51,201 nucleotides of DNA from a virus. Its lineage: Duplodnaviria; Caudoviricetes. Below the pieces are notes generated by a model, which saw nothing but the letters and a program-made list of their open reading frames with translations, did no database searches and was not told the origin of the DNA. Position numbers and translations under genes: made by a program. The stretch spans positions 1-51,201 of the IMG/VR virus record IMGVR_UViG_3300025138_000060; one strand, given 5' to 3'. Positions 18,966 to 27,319 of this stretch are shown piece by piece (positions within the stretch are counted from its first letter, which is position 1; each line of letters starts with the position of its first letter).

Positions 18966-19682
18966 TCACGTAAGCAGCCCCATCGATCTGCCACCGCCTA
19001 CACCTTTATTCAGCCCCACCCGATTAGCTGCTGAACGTCCGGCTGCTACAGCGCCACTGCTTCGGCCTGAGACCCTGCGATTACCGGAAACCAAATTGGG
19101 GTGGGCTTGTCTGAATGCTACCTCTAACGCTCGATCAGCCATAACCACCAGCGCCGTACCATTGGATGCTTTCGGCTGCTGAACTGTGTCAGCGTTTTCA
19201 TTGTGCATTTTTTGCAACCGCTGGCCTACACGTTGAGCCATCCCATTCATAAACGATGACCGGATGGTTCGAGGGTGGTAGTAAAATTTTTGCTCACAAT
19301 AATCCGGCGTAAATTTATAGCGGTTAAACTCAAGTTCCATTGCTGATTGGATCAGGGCCAAAAGATAGAGGGCGCTATCAACTTTATGCTGCTGGCCGTA
19401 AATACACAGATTGGCTCCACTGGTGTAAAATTTTACCCCACAGAATAATTTGATGCCAAAGCTTGCCCCGATGACCGGATGCTTTACCCGACTACCCAAA
19501 CTAAACCGATCCTTAACGTATTCAGTCAACTCAATATCGAGTTCTGTGAGGGTCAGATTATATTTATTTTGTAGACCCTGCATTGCTTTGGCAGCTGCCA
19601 GTGCTTCAGCTTCTGTGCAGCCGTTTTCCATTGTACGTTCTGAGAATGCTTTCAGCTTTTTTAATATGTCTTTGCGTTCCAT
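18966..19682 (-). CDS. DUF2786-domain protein
   Basis: ILKKLKA....NGCTEAEALAAAKAMQGLQNKYNL; RSSFMNG in C-terminal part. Confidence 0.75.
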   Translation of the reverse strand: MERKDILKKLKAFSERTMENGCTEAEALAAAKAMQGLQNKYNLTLTELDIELTEYVKDRFSLGSRVKHPVIGASFGIKLFCGVKFYTSGANLCIYGQQHKVDSALYLLALIQSAMELEFNRYKFTPDYCEQKFYYHPRTIRSSFMNGMAQRVGQRLQKMHNENADTVQQPKASNGTALVVMADRALEVAFRQAHPNLVSGNRRVSGRSSGAVAAGRSAANRVGLNKGVGGGRSMGLLT

Positions 19683-19900
19683 TATTTTTCTCCATCTACT
19701 AAAGTTCGAATTGATTTTAAGGTGTTTTGTAACTCATCGATCAGGCAGCCCATTTGCACGATTTCCCTATAAGCTTCATCACGACAACCGCCGTCCTGAT
19801 TGAGCAGCGTCATGCCATAAATGGTTGCAGCTGCTTTCCAAGAAGGGGCCATATTTATTGTGCCCACTTTTTTAGTGTGTGTGATTTTGAGGTCTGACAT
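19682..19900 (-). CDS. Hypothetical early protein
   Basis: 72 aa, coupled. Confidence 0.6.
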   Translation of the reverse strand: MSDLKITHTKKVGTINMAPSWKAAATIYGMTLLNQDGGCRDEAYREIVQMGCLIDELQNTLKSIRTLVDGEK

Positions 19901-19901
19901 T

Positions 19902-20222
19902 TTACATCCATTCCATTTTGTTGGTTTCGAGGTTTCTGTATTTTATTCCGGTGCAACCATAACTGGCTCCCCACTCATCGAGCGGCTCGAATAAATCCTC
20001 ATCTTTATTTTCGTTGGAATAACCACGGGCATACAAAATTTTGTCATCATCATAGAGTTCAAAATAATGTGGAAATGCTGCGGTCTCTGACGCTGTACGT
20101 TTGCGGGGTTCTTCCTCATCGATCACATTGTGAGTGATAATGAAATTGCTGTCAGCTGAAGGGCTGCCGAATATATCGGCCCCCATTTCATTCAGCAGGT
20201 TAAGGTTTGGTTTGTCAGTCAT
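19902..20222 (-). CDS. Hypothetical early protein
   Basis: FELYDDD..LYARG...F.PLD.WG..YGCT.IKY pattern. Confidence 0.65.
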   Translation of the reverse strand: MTDKPNLNLLNEMGADIFGSPSADSNFIITHNVIDEEEPRKRTASETAAFPHYFELYDDDKILYARGYSNENKDEDLFEPLDEWGASYGCTGIKYRNLETNKMEWM

Positions 20223-20386
20223 TGTGCTTCCCTTTCATCAGTTTTCTCAAGTCTGTTTTCGGCGTCCATTGCTTCCCAATCGTGTAAACAATCGGCACAA
20301 AGAAATTCGTTGGGCCTCCAATCATAAAAGCCCATCACTCCTACACCGCATCCGGCGCAGTGGTTCTTGTCATCTAGCCAACTCAT
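20219..20386 (-). CDS. Small zinc-finger protein (55 aa, not in ORF track)
   Basis: CAGC...CADC; ATGA overlaps at both ends. Confidence 0.7.
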   Translation of the reverse strand: MSWLDDKNHCAGCGVGVMGFYDWRPNEFLCADCLHDWEAMDAENRLEKTDEREAQ

Positions 20387-20925
20387 TGTGCTGCCCTCTC
20401 TGCTACCTGAGCAGCCATCATGGCATCAAAGTCAGATTTCAGCTTTTTGTCCTGCACCAGCCAGTCCCACCAAGTTGGGCAGCCGTATCGGTTTTCCTGA
20501 TCCCAGTTAATAAGCTGAGTAATTTTGCTGGGTAGTTTTTCCCAGCTGTGATTACAGCAGATCCAGCAATTGCCATTGTCAGCCTGTACAATGTCACCCA
20601 CTGAAATTGAGGGGGTTTCGGGGTGCTTAATAAACGAAAGCAGTGCGCCCTCTGGAAGCACCGGCCGTTGAGCATTGCCAGCTGCAAAAATCATTTCCAG
20701 ATGGGGCTGTATTGATTGGCTGTCGATTTCGAACTCATAGCCGAGCTGATACAGCCCCTCGTTGAACATTTCGAAAATGTCAGCAGCTGCATCCATTGCT
20801 GTGTCTTGGCTAATAAAACGCAGGTTGGCATATGCTTTAGACCAAGGCGCAAAGCCCCAGCCGTTGCCATTTAATAGAGCAATTTGCATCTCTGACATTT
20901 TGGCGGTGTATACTTTATATTTCAT
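20383..20925 (-). CDS. Hypothetical protein with YodL-like SISVGDIV motif
   Basis: Start moved to ATG 20925 (AAGGA RBS, promoter upstream). Confidence 0.6.
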   Translation of the reverse strand: MKYKVYTAKMSEMQIALLNGNGWGFAPWSKAYANLRFISQDTAMDAAADIFEMFNEGLYQLGYEFEIDSQSIQPHLEMIFAAGNAQRPVLPEGALLSFIKHPETPSISVGDIVQADNGNCWICCNHSWEKLPSKITQLINWDQENRYGCPTWWDWLVQDKKLKSDFDAMMAAQVAERAAQ

Positions 20926-20971
20926 TGTGATCAGTCCTTGTTTTGGTTGGTGGCCCTTGGGCCGTAGGCCC

Positions 20972-21001
20972 ATCCTACACACAGACCTATTAACTACGCA
21001 A
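20972..21001 (-). promoter_or_regulatory. Early promoter with operator-like motif in spacer
   Basis: TTGCGT-18 bp-TAGGAT. Confidence 0.55.
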
Positions 21002-21135
21002 GTAACTAATGTAAGAATTAATGATATAGCTGAGAGCCAATATAAGCGCCCTACAGACCTGTTAACTTTACTGGGTGGTTCTGGGTCATAAAAATGTCTT
21101 AACCCCACTCAGAATTGATTTGCCCTTTTTTAGAC

Positions 21136-21163
21136 AAAAAACCCTGCCTTTTTAGGGGCAGGG
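21136..21163 (-). terminator. Intrinsic terminator
   Basis: CCCTGCC/GGCAGGG stem plus T6. Confidence 0.8.
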
Positions 21164-21184
21164 CTAGTTGGGTGTTTTAATGGT

Positions 21185-21361
21185 TTAACTGAACCACGTT
21201 TGCAGCCGTTTGGTTGCGTCTAATCTCCGAAGCACCTCTCTGTCTGAACTATCGACATATAAAAGATCTGTCAGATGCTCCGCCATATGATCGATGGCAA
21301 CCTGAAGCACGTTCATTTCTGTAGATGAAAGCTCTAGAGAGGTAGCATTAAAAGTACTCAT
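21185..21361 (-). CDS. Hypothetical protein (58 aa, not in ORF track)
   Basis: TGATG coupling to upstream gene; MSTFNATSLELSSTEMNVLQVAIDH... Confidence 0.65.
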   Translation of the reverse strand: MSTFNATSLELSSTEMNVLQVAIDHMAEHLTDLLYVDSSDREVLRRLDATKRLQTWFS

Positions 21362-22218
21362 CACGCCGCCTCTAGAAAACGACTGTCAGAGATCCACTTA
21401 TTTACCTCGACTTCGCGATTGATCATTGTGACTGCTTCGGTCTCGTTTTTGTTACTGGTATTCCGAAGCTCAAAGCCGTTGCCTAATGAATGGCTGGCAT
21501 AGTTTGTGAATGCTGACATGAGGCTAAATTTATTATGCCCTCGATCAGCTGCTTCCTGCATATATAGCTCATACATTTTTTCAGACTTTTGTTTTGATGG
21601 GATGATGTCCTCCAACAATTTCTGAACATCAAACGACTTGAACGAAGTCTGCGCGAAATGCTGAAGCCGTTCACTTTCCGCGTAGAAGTCGTTTTTTGCT
21701 CTGCGTAATTCACTGATAAAATTGTCTAGAGAAAACCCGCTGCTGTTTTTCCGGCGGATTGTAGAGTACTCGCCAGTGATGCAGCCGTTGGTGCAAAACG
21801 TGTCGATGGTTCCATAGAGCGCAGTATTGCTTCCGGCTTGCCCATCAACGCTGTGCATTGCCACGATACGTTGCCGCAACGAGGTCTCATGTCCACTGTC
21901 TGTGTAAATAGATGTTTCGATGCTGGGAAATTGTACATCCATTAAAGCAAAGCCACCCTGACGGCCTGATTTAAAACGCACCTCAGCCCCAGTGATATCC
22001 TCACCTTCGAGGTTCTCTGTGATTTGCTCCCATACACCATTAAAAAACTTGGTATGGCTGGCGCAATTGAAACCACCACCAACAACCGCAAACGGCTGCC
22101 CAGTGTTTCCATTAATTGCATACTTTCGATCAGCGACCCTTGTTGGTTCAAACTGTACGTCAAAATCTATTGAGGTAGGCAGTTCTAGATTATGGTTAAT
22201 TGTAGTAAAATCTAACAT
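21361..22218 (-). CDS. DUF932/DUF945-like phage protein
   Basis: HSVDG, FCTNG, AFTNYASH motifs. Confidence 0.75.
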   Translation of the reverse strand: MLDFTTINHNLELPTSIDFDVQFEPTRVADRKYAINGNTGQPFAVVGGGFNCASHTKFFNGVWEQITENLEGEDITGAEVRFKSGRQGGFALMDVQFPSIETSIYTDSGHETSLRQRIVAMHSVDGQAGSNTALYGTIDTFCTNGCITGEYSTIRRKNSSGFSLDNFISELRRAKNDFYAESERLQHFAQTSFKSFDVQKLLEDIIPSKQKSEKMYELYMQEAADRGHNKFSLMSAFTNYASHSLGNGFELRNTSNKNETEAVTMINREVEVNKWISDSRFLEAA

Positions 22219-22311
22219 TGTGATTGATCCTTTCGAGATCTGATTAAGTTAAAAATATATTGAGTAGATCGAGCCACAGAGACAAAGCACCGTAGCAAAT
22301 AAAGAGCAGCC

Positions 22312-22521
22312 TCACTGCACATTGCTAATTAGGCCGTCCTTCATTGTGACCCGCCCAAACCATTCACGGCCTTGCCCAGTAATATGGGGGCGGTTGCACA
22401 CTGTGAGGGTTCCATTGGATTGGTACTCAGGGCCGAACATACTGGTCTCGATATATTTGAGGCCGCTGCCGATATTTTCCTTCAAGTTTTTTTTACTTGG
22501 GTAGTTAGCGATTAAAGTCAT
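22312..22521 (-). CDS. Small early phage protein
   Basis: YPSKKNLKENIG..L.YIETSMFGPEY...WFG.V. Confidence 0.7.
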   Translation of the reverse strand: MTLIANYPSKKNLKENIGSGLKYIETSMFGPEYQSNGTLTVCNRPHITGQGREWFGRVTMKDGLISNVQ

Positions 22522-22621
22522 GTGATTGATCCTTTCGTGATCGTTGGTTGTGAGTATCGAGTACTCACGTAATCCATACCACTAATAGGTCAGCCAGTGC
22601 AATTATTAATACACTAGCAAA

Positions 22622-22674
22622 TTGACCACATAATTTTTTTTATAAATTTTTATTTTATAAATTTTTTATCCACA
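22622..22674 (+). other. DnaA box next to AT-rich tandem repeat (candidate origin)
   Basis: TTATCCACA at 22666-22674, two TTTTATAAATTTTT copies, weak box TTGACCACA at 22622. Confidence 0.45.
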
Positions 22675-22702
22675 GGTAAATTACCAGACAAACCTAAAAC
22701 AC

Positions 22703-22731
22703 TTGCAGTTTCCAAAATGTTTTCATAGTAT
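22703..22731 (+). promoter_or_regulatory. sigma70-type promoter
   Basis: TTGCAG-17 bp-TAGTAT. Confidence 0.55.
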
Positions 22732-22805
22732 AAATGTAAGGTATCACTTTCTCGCGCAGGGAAATTTCTTTTTTCTCTGAAAACACAACAATAAAAGGAG
22801 CAACA

Positions 22806-23021
22806 ATGACATCTATTAAAGAATTATTCGCAACACATCCTCACTTAGAAGATGACTTTTTAGATTCTGTTGAAGCTGCTGAATTGTCTGTCCAAGATAA
22901 AAATATAGAGTATAGCGTTGTTTACATAGATAGTATGAACACAATTATATCTATGCCATCGCAACCACCACCCAGTGAGTATGGTTATAAGGTGCTTACT
23001 TACGTAAGTAACAGCATCTAG
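22806..23021 (+). CDS. Hypothetical protein, stand-alone transcription unit
   Basis: AAGGAG RBS, own promoter and terminator. Confidence 0.7.
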   Translation: MTSIKELFATHPHLEDDFLDSVEAAELSVQDKNIEYSVVYIDSMNTIISMPSQPPPSEYGYKVLTYVSNSI

Positions 23022-23049
23022 AACAACAATTGATCATATAGGACTAACA

Positions 23050-23075
23050 AGAGGCCCAATACGGGTCTTTTTTTT
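23050..23075 (+). terminator. Intrinsic terminator
   Basis: GAGGCCC/GGGTCTT stem plus T tract. Confidence 0.7.
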
Positions 23076-23173
23076 GTTTTAATTGCGTAACTAACGACTG
23101 TTAACTTTTAATTTGACAACCTGTTAACTTAATAGTTAGGTGGCGTAGTAACCAACTAACAGGAACCAATCCT

Positions 23174-23356
23174 ATGTATAAATCAAAATCAATTCATCAG
23201 TTGATGAACAATTACTTAAACAACCACACGCTAAGTAATGCGTGGTTGGTTTTAAACTACGTGCGTAAATACCCAACAGTATTGAGCGGCCTAAACCGCA
23301 TTGAGTTGGCTATCTACAAAGCTATCGTGGTAAACTGCGGAGAGGAAATAAGATGA
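23174..23356 (+). CDS. Hypothetical protein
   Basis: 60 aa, AGGA RBS. Confidence 0.6.
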   Translation: MYKSKSIHQLMNNYLNNHTLSNAWLVLNYVRKYPTVLSGLNRIELAIYKAIVVNCGEEIR

Positions 23357-23517
23357 AAAGCAAGAACAATTCCCGACACGGCAAATCAAAGTCATTTGGC
23401 TCGATTGGCAAGAAAGCCCCACGGCACATCAATCACGACTTAAATGTCTTTGATGCTAGCAAACCTAAAAAGGTGCGGGTCAACAAGCGGCCTAAAGCTT
23501 TGCGGGGTATGCGCTGA
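23353..23517 (+). CDS. Small basic protein (54 aa, not in ORF track), possible directionality factor
   Basis: GAGGA RBS; ATGA and TGATG coupling; Lys/Arg-rich. Confidence 0.6.
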   Translation: MKSKNNSRHGKSKSFGSIGKKAPRHINHDLNVFDASKPKKVRVNKRPKALRGMR

Positions 23518-24650
23518 TGGGTAAGGCTCCATACATCCGCCCTCGAAAGCGAGGCAACACAACTGTCTATGGCTTTCGCCCCACAGATGAACTACTTCGA
23601 GCGTTTCCCGATCTTACACGGGAGACATTCACTTCGTCATCGGAAGCCAATACTTATGGCAACACTATTAAACGTAAGTTCGAGAAATGGAAGGCAGGGG
23701 AACATCACGATATTTACGTGAATAAGGATTCTGTCGAGGCTTTAGTGCAATATTATTTAAATTCTATGAGATTTAAAAACATTAAGACCAACAATACCAA
23801 GCGTTCTTATCTTGAACATCTACGTCACGTAGCACCTATTCACATAACTAACACATCCTTTGATCGTATGCTTGTGTCAAATGTTGACTATGACTACGTG
23901 AATACACTGTGGCTACACATAAAGGATAAGGTGTCTACACACAAAGCGAACCACACTTTCAAGGTTTTAAAGCTGGTATGGAATGAAGCGTTTCGCGCAG
24001 GGAAAGTTAAAAACAATCCTTTTTCATCAGTAAAATTGCCTAAGCTGCCAGATCGTCAGGTGATGTGGACAGATGACCAGATCAAAGGAATGGTGGCCTA
24101 TTGTGATGAACATGACCAACACGCAATGGGTACGATGATCACGATGTGTTATGAGTTCTGCCAACGGCCTATCGATGTACGCAAAATGAAATGGTCTAAC
24201 GTAGATGGTCGCACTGGTGTGTCTAACTTCCGACAACAGAAGACCGGAAAGCAAATGGCTATCAAGGTAACTAATGCTGTACAAAACCGATTACACCTAC
24301 ATCAACGCCGTAACACAGATGATTTTATCTTTGCTACAAACTACGCAAATAAGCCGTTTACTGCTGATAGGCTAAACAAAGTCTTCCGGTCATTGGCAGA
24401 GGGTTATGGGTTGCCTGAAGTGCAGTTAGTGGATCAGTTTAATAAAGATGGCAGTCAGAAGTATTCAACCATCTGGCTGGCAGATTTACGTAGAACTGGG
24501 ATAACTCACGCATCTCAATGTGGGTGTAGTGATCGAGAGCTAATGAGTCTGTCGGGCCATCGTAATCCACAAATGCTGGTTGTTTACGCAGTCGAAGGTG
24601 AAGTCGAGAGTACCAACGCTAATAAGAAGCGGGGGCTGCTAGATGCTTAA
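23517..24650 (+). CDS. int: Tyrosine integrase
   Basis: QRPID (R), QQKTGK (K), DLRRTG, SGH, VVYA (Y); N-terminal arm/core-binding regions. Confidence 0.88.
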   Translation: MGKAPYIRPRKRGNTTVYGFRPTDELLRAFPDLTRETFTSSSEANTYGNTIKRKFEKWKAGEHHDIYVNKDSVEALVQYYLNSMRFKNIKTNNTKRSYLEHLRHVAPIHITNTSFDRMLVSNVDYDYVNTLWLHIKDKVSTHKANHTFKVLKLVWNEAFRAGKVKNNPFSSVKLPKLPDRQVMWTDDQIKGMVAYCDEHDQHAMGTMITMCYEFCQRPIDVRKMKWSNVDGRTGVSNFRQQKTGKQMAIKVTNAVQNRLHLHQRRNTDDFIFATNYANKPFTADRLNKVFRSLAEGYGLPEVQLVDQFNKDGSQKYSTIWLADLRRTGITHASQCGCSDRELMSLSGHRNPQMLVVYAVEGEVESTNANKKRGLLDA

Positions 24651-24843
24651 CTTAGATCTGGTTGGCTGCATACACTGTAATGCAGTCAGGACTGTTGTAA
24701 CCGACTCTAGACCAACGGTGAAGGCGGGTATACGTTACACACGTAGAAAGCGTGAGTGCGTGAAATGTGCTGCAAAGTATTGGACTAAAGAAGTCTTAGA
24801 TCATCAGTGCCGCGAATATATAACGAGTGAGGAAAAAATGTGA
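24643..24843 (+). CDS. NrdR N-terminal-like zinc-ribbon protein (no ATP cone)
   Basis: CIHC..T.V.DSR...TRRKRECVKC...WT.E. Confidence 0.7.
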   Translation: MLNLDLVGCIHCNAVRTVVTDSRPTVKAGIRYTRRKRECVKCAAKYWTKEVLDHQCREYITSEEKM

Positions 24844-25055
24844 TGAGTAAAACTAAATCAAAAAACTCAGTCTATGAAGAAGAGATGAACTGTTACGTTA
24901 AGATCAAGGGCTTTACCATTTATATTGAAGTTAGCGAAGCAACCCACAATGAACCTTCAGTAACTTTCTGGACTGAAGCTTACCCTGTAGATAGTACCAC
25001 AAAACTGAAGATTGATAAGAAATATTCAGAGCATTGGCCGGGTAAAAGAACTTAG
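24840..25055 (+). CDS. Hypothetical protein
   Basis: ~70 aa, GAGGA RBS. Confidence 0.6.
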   Translation: MMSKTKSKNSVYEEEMNCYVKIKGFTIYIEVSEATHNEPSVTFWTEAYPVDSTTKLKIDKKYSEHWPGKRT

Positions 25056-25066
25056 TGCTTAACAAA

Positions 25067-25109
25067 GTGGCGGCTTTCTAGATTAGTTATTTCTGGAGCC
25101 GCCATTTTT
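25067..25109 (+). terminator. Intrinsic terminator after integrase operon
   Basis: TGGCGGCT/AGCCGCCA stem plus T tract. Confidence 0.6.
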
Positions 25110-25229
25110 ATTTTTAACAGAATCAAAAAACTTTTTTAAAAAAATGGCAGATTTGGCAGACTGCCAATTTACTTTCTGCCCTGCCAAATTACCCTCAAAA
25201 TTATATATTATTGTTATTAATCAATAAGT

Positions 25230-25275
25230 TGGCTCCGGCGGTTGGGATCGAACCAACGACCAATTGATTAACAGT
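25230..25275 (-). mobile_element. attP core: 3' half of tRNA-Asn(GTT)
   Basis: Minus strand ACTGTTAATCAATTGGTCGTTGGTTCGATCCCAACCGCCGGAGCCA = anticodon loop, T arm, acceptor 3' strand, CCA; no 5' half. Confidence 0.85.
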
Positions 25276-25371
25276 TGTCCTTTGTTTTCAATGACTTACG
25301 TAACTTTATACTCAATACCTGTTAACACTAGGTGTTGTTGAAAGTAATTAGCAAATGTATTAATTAAGTGG

Positions 25372-25399
25372 TTGACAAGATCTAGATCCCCTATAAGCT
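25372..25399 (+). promoter_or_regulatory. Promoter of replication operon
   Basis: TTGACA-16 bp-TAAGCT. Confidence 0.55.
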
Positions 25400-25455
25400 G
25401 ACGCTGTCTCTTTGGAGAGGCAGAACCAACCAAAGACTATAACAACAGGTGACCA

Positions 25456-25788
25456 ATGACAAATTCAATCAATTTAAAAATAACATTAGAGAAGACTGAT
25501 GTAAAAGTTTACACAGTCGAGTACACACTCGAAAGAAGCGATCTTATTGAGTGGGTAGATAAAAATCGTGGATCATATCAGAAGGTCGAAGTAGACCCTA
25601 CACTAGATCCTAATGATGGTACTGAGGAAGTATCTTGTACTGAAGATCAATACTATGATTTACACATAGACAATTATATCGATGATCAAGATCCAGATCT
25701 TTTGTTTACTGATAATTGCCACGATCACGATAAATGTAAATTTGTAAGTGAAGAGTGTTCAATTCTACAAACTTATGCAGCAGACTAA
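25456..25788 (+). CDS. Acidic hypothetical protein
   Basis: 110 aa, AGGTG RBS, Asp/Glu-rich. Confidence 0.65.
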   Translation: MTNSINLKITLEKTDVKVYTVEYTLERSDLIEWVDKNRGSYQKVEVDPTLDPNDGTEEVSCTEDQYYDLHIDNYIDDQDPDLLFTDNCHDHDKCKFVSEECSILQTYAAD

Positions 25789-26552
25789 TGACCTACGCTG
25801 AACAACTAGAAGTTATTAAAGGCATACCAATCCGAGAAGGTGATACAAAAGTTATAACGTGTCCTTTCTGCGGTGGCCTAAAGAAGCTGGCAGTGTCCAA
25901 GATCGATGGTCAACTCAAGTGGTACTGCTATCGAGCCAGTTGCAATGGAAAAGGTATTTACACAGGCAAGCGCAATCTAGCAGCTGCTAAAAACTATATG
26001 GCTAATAATGTAGCAGCCAGAGCAATTATTAAAAGACCAATACCTTCCATAACTACTTCAGTAGAAAACCATCAACCCGCGCTCGATTATCTAACAAGCG
26101 TCAATAGTCTTGAGGCATATCAAGCTGGTTACATAAGTATTAGATACGCTCCGGCTGAGGACAGAGTACTATTTTTGAGTGAAGAAGGTGCGGTAGGTAG
26201 GTCATTAAAAAAGTATGGGCCTAAGTGGATCTCTTATGGAATAACTACTGACGGCCTTCATGTAGGTAGTGGTGAAATTGCGGTGCTGGTTGAAGACGTA
26301 CCATCAGCCTGTTCAGTAAGTAGGCTAAAAGGAATTTGTGGGGTTGCGTTGCTAGGGACAACAGTATCTATGCAAATAAAAAAATCGCTTGGAAGGTATA
26401 ACACTGTATATTTAGTCTTGGATAAAGATGCTTCTGCTAAAGCACTGGCCCAAACAAAGTACATAGATAAAAGCTTTAAAGTGCGACTAACAAAAAAAGA
26501 CTTGAAGTATTTAACAAGTGCATCCATAAAAGATTTACTAACTACTTTGTAA
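25788..26552 (+). CDS. DNA primase (Zn finger plus TOPRIM)
   Basis: CPFC...CYRASC; VLVED, LLGT, LDKDA; start at TAATG overlap. Confidence 0.85.
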   Translation: MTYAEQLEVIKGIPIREGDTKVITCPFCGGLKKLAVSKIDGQLKWYCYRASCNGKGIYTGKRNLAAAKNYMANNVAARAIIKRPIPSITTSVENHQPALDYLTSVNSLEAYQAGYISIRYAPAEDRVLFLSEEGAVGRSLKKYGPKWISYGITTDGLHVGSGEIAVLVEDVPSACSVSRLKGICGVALLGTTVSMQIKKSLGRYNTVYLVLDKDASAKALAQTKYIDKSFKVRLTKKDLKYLTSASIKDLLTTL

Positions 26553-27002
26553 TATTACTTATAGAAAGATCATAACTATACATTGATCAGTAAAGAGGGG
26601 GAATTAACAAAATGATGCGAAAAAAGAATTGCCGACAAAAGACCATACGAAACAGAAGCAGAGTTGGTGCTGGTGGACTTACTCTTGCCACTGGAATGAC
26701 CCTTTGGGAATATCGCCAACGGTCAGGAAGATCTTTTAATGGAAAGCCACCCGTATCCGTAAACGGATTATGGTTGATGCTCAGTAAGGTTGGTTTATCG
26801 ACTTATGGAGCGTTGGCTGGAATAAGAGCATCCTCATTTCCCAATCCTGTATTGGCTCCCCCTCAACCAAATAAAAATTGTTTGCCTAATAGAGAGCGTT
26901 CTGCATTCGGATCGCTGACGATAGGTGCTGGTAATATAGTAATCACGGGCGACTGTGAAATTTATGACAAACATTTTTAGAGTAAAATAAGGGACCAAAC
27001 TT

Positions 27003-27215
27003 ATGACTACGAAAAAAAGCCGTGCAATTTGCATTATAGATTATGAGATTGAAGGCAACTATAGAGATGCTGGAGCAGTTGAAGAAAAAGTAGAACTTGC
27101 TATTAAAAACTTGGTTGAGGGAGACAAACAAGTAGTACACTGGCAAGTAGAGTTACGTGAGCGTAGAGGTGAAGGCGCTCCTGACTTAGGAAAAATGAAA
27201 TTTCGAGCTAACTAA
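27003..27215 (+). CDS. Hypothetical protein
   Basis: 70 aa, AAGGGA RBS, followed by terminator. Confidence 0.7.
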   Translation: MTTKKSRAICIIDYEIEGNYRDAGAVEEKVELAIKNLVEGDKQVVHWQVELRERRGEGAPDLGKMKFRAN

Positions 27216-27239
27216 TTACGTAAATATCTGTTGATAAAG

Positions 27240-27267
27240 AACCCTGCTTTCGAGCGGGGTTTTTTTT
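27240..27267 (+). terminator. Intrinsic terminator
   Basis: ACCCTGCT-TTCG-AGCGGGGT plus T tract. Confidence 0.8.
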
Positions 27268-27319
27268 GTTGCTTTTTTTACAGACCTCTTTATTAAGTGT
27301 TGGATAGAGAGGATTATAA

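Noticed and set aside
25230-25305. Complete phage tRNA gene
   Set aside because: No D arm or 5' acceptor strand; only the 3' half is present, so called attP
26852-26865. TGGCTCCCC resembling a second tRNA 3' end
   Set aside because: No T-arm GTTCGA motif adjacent
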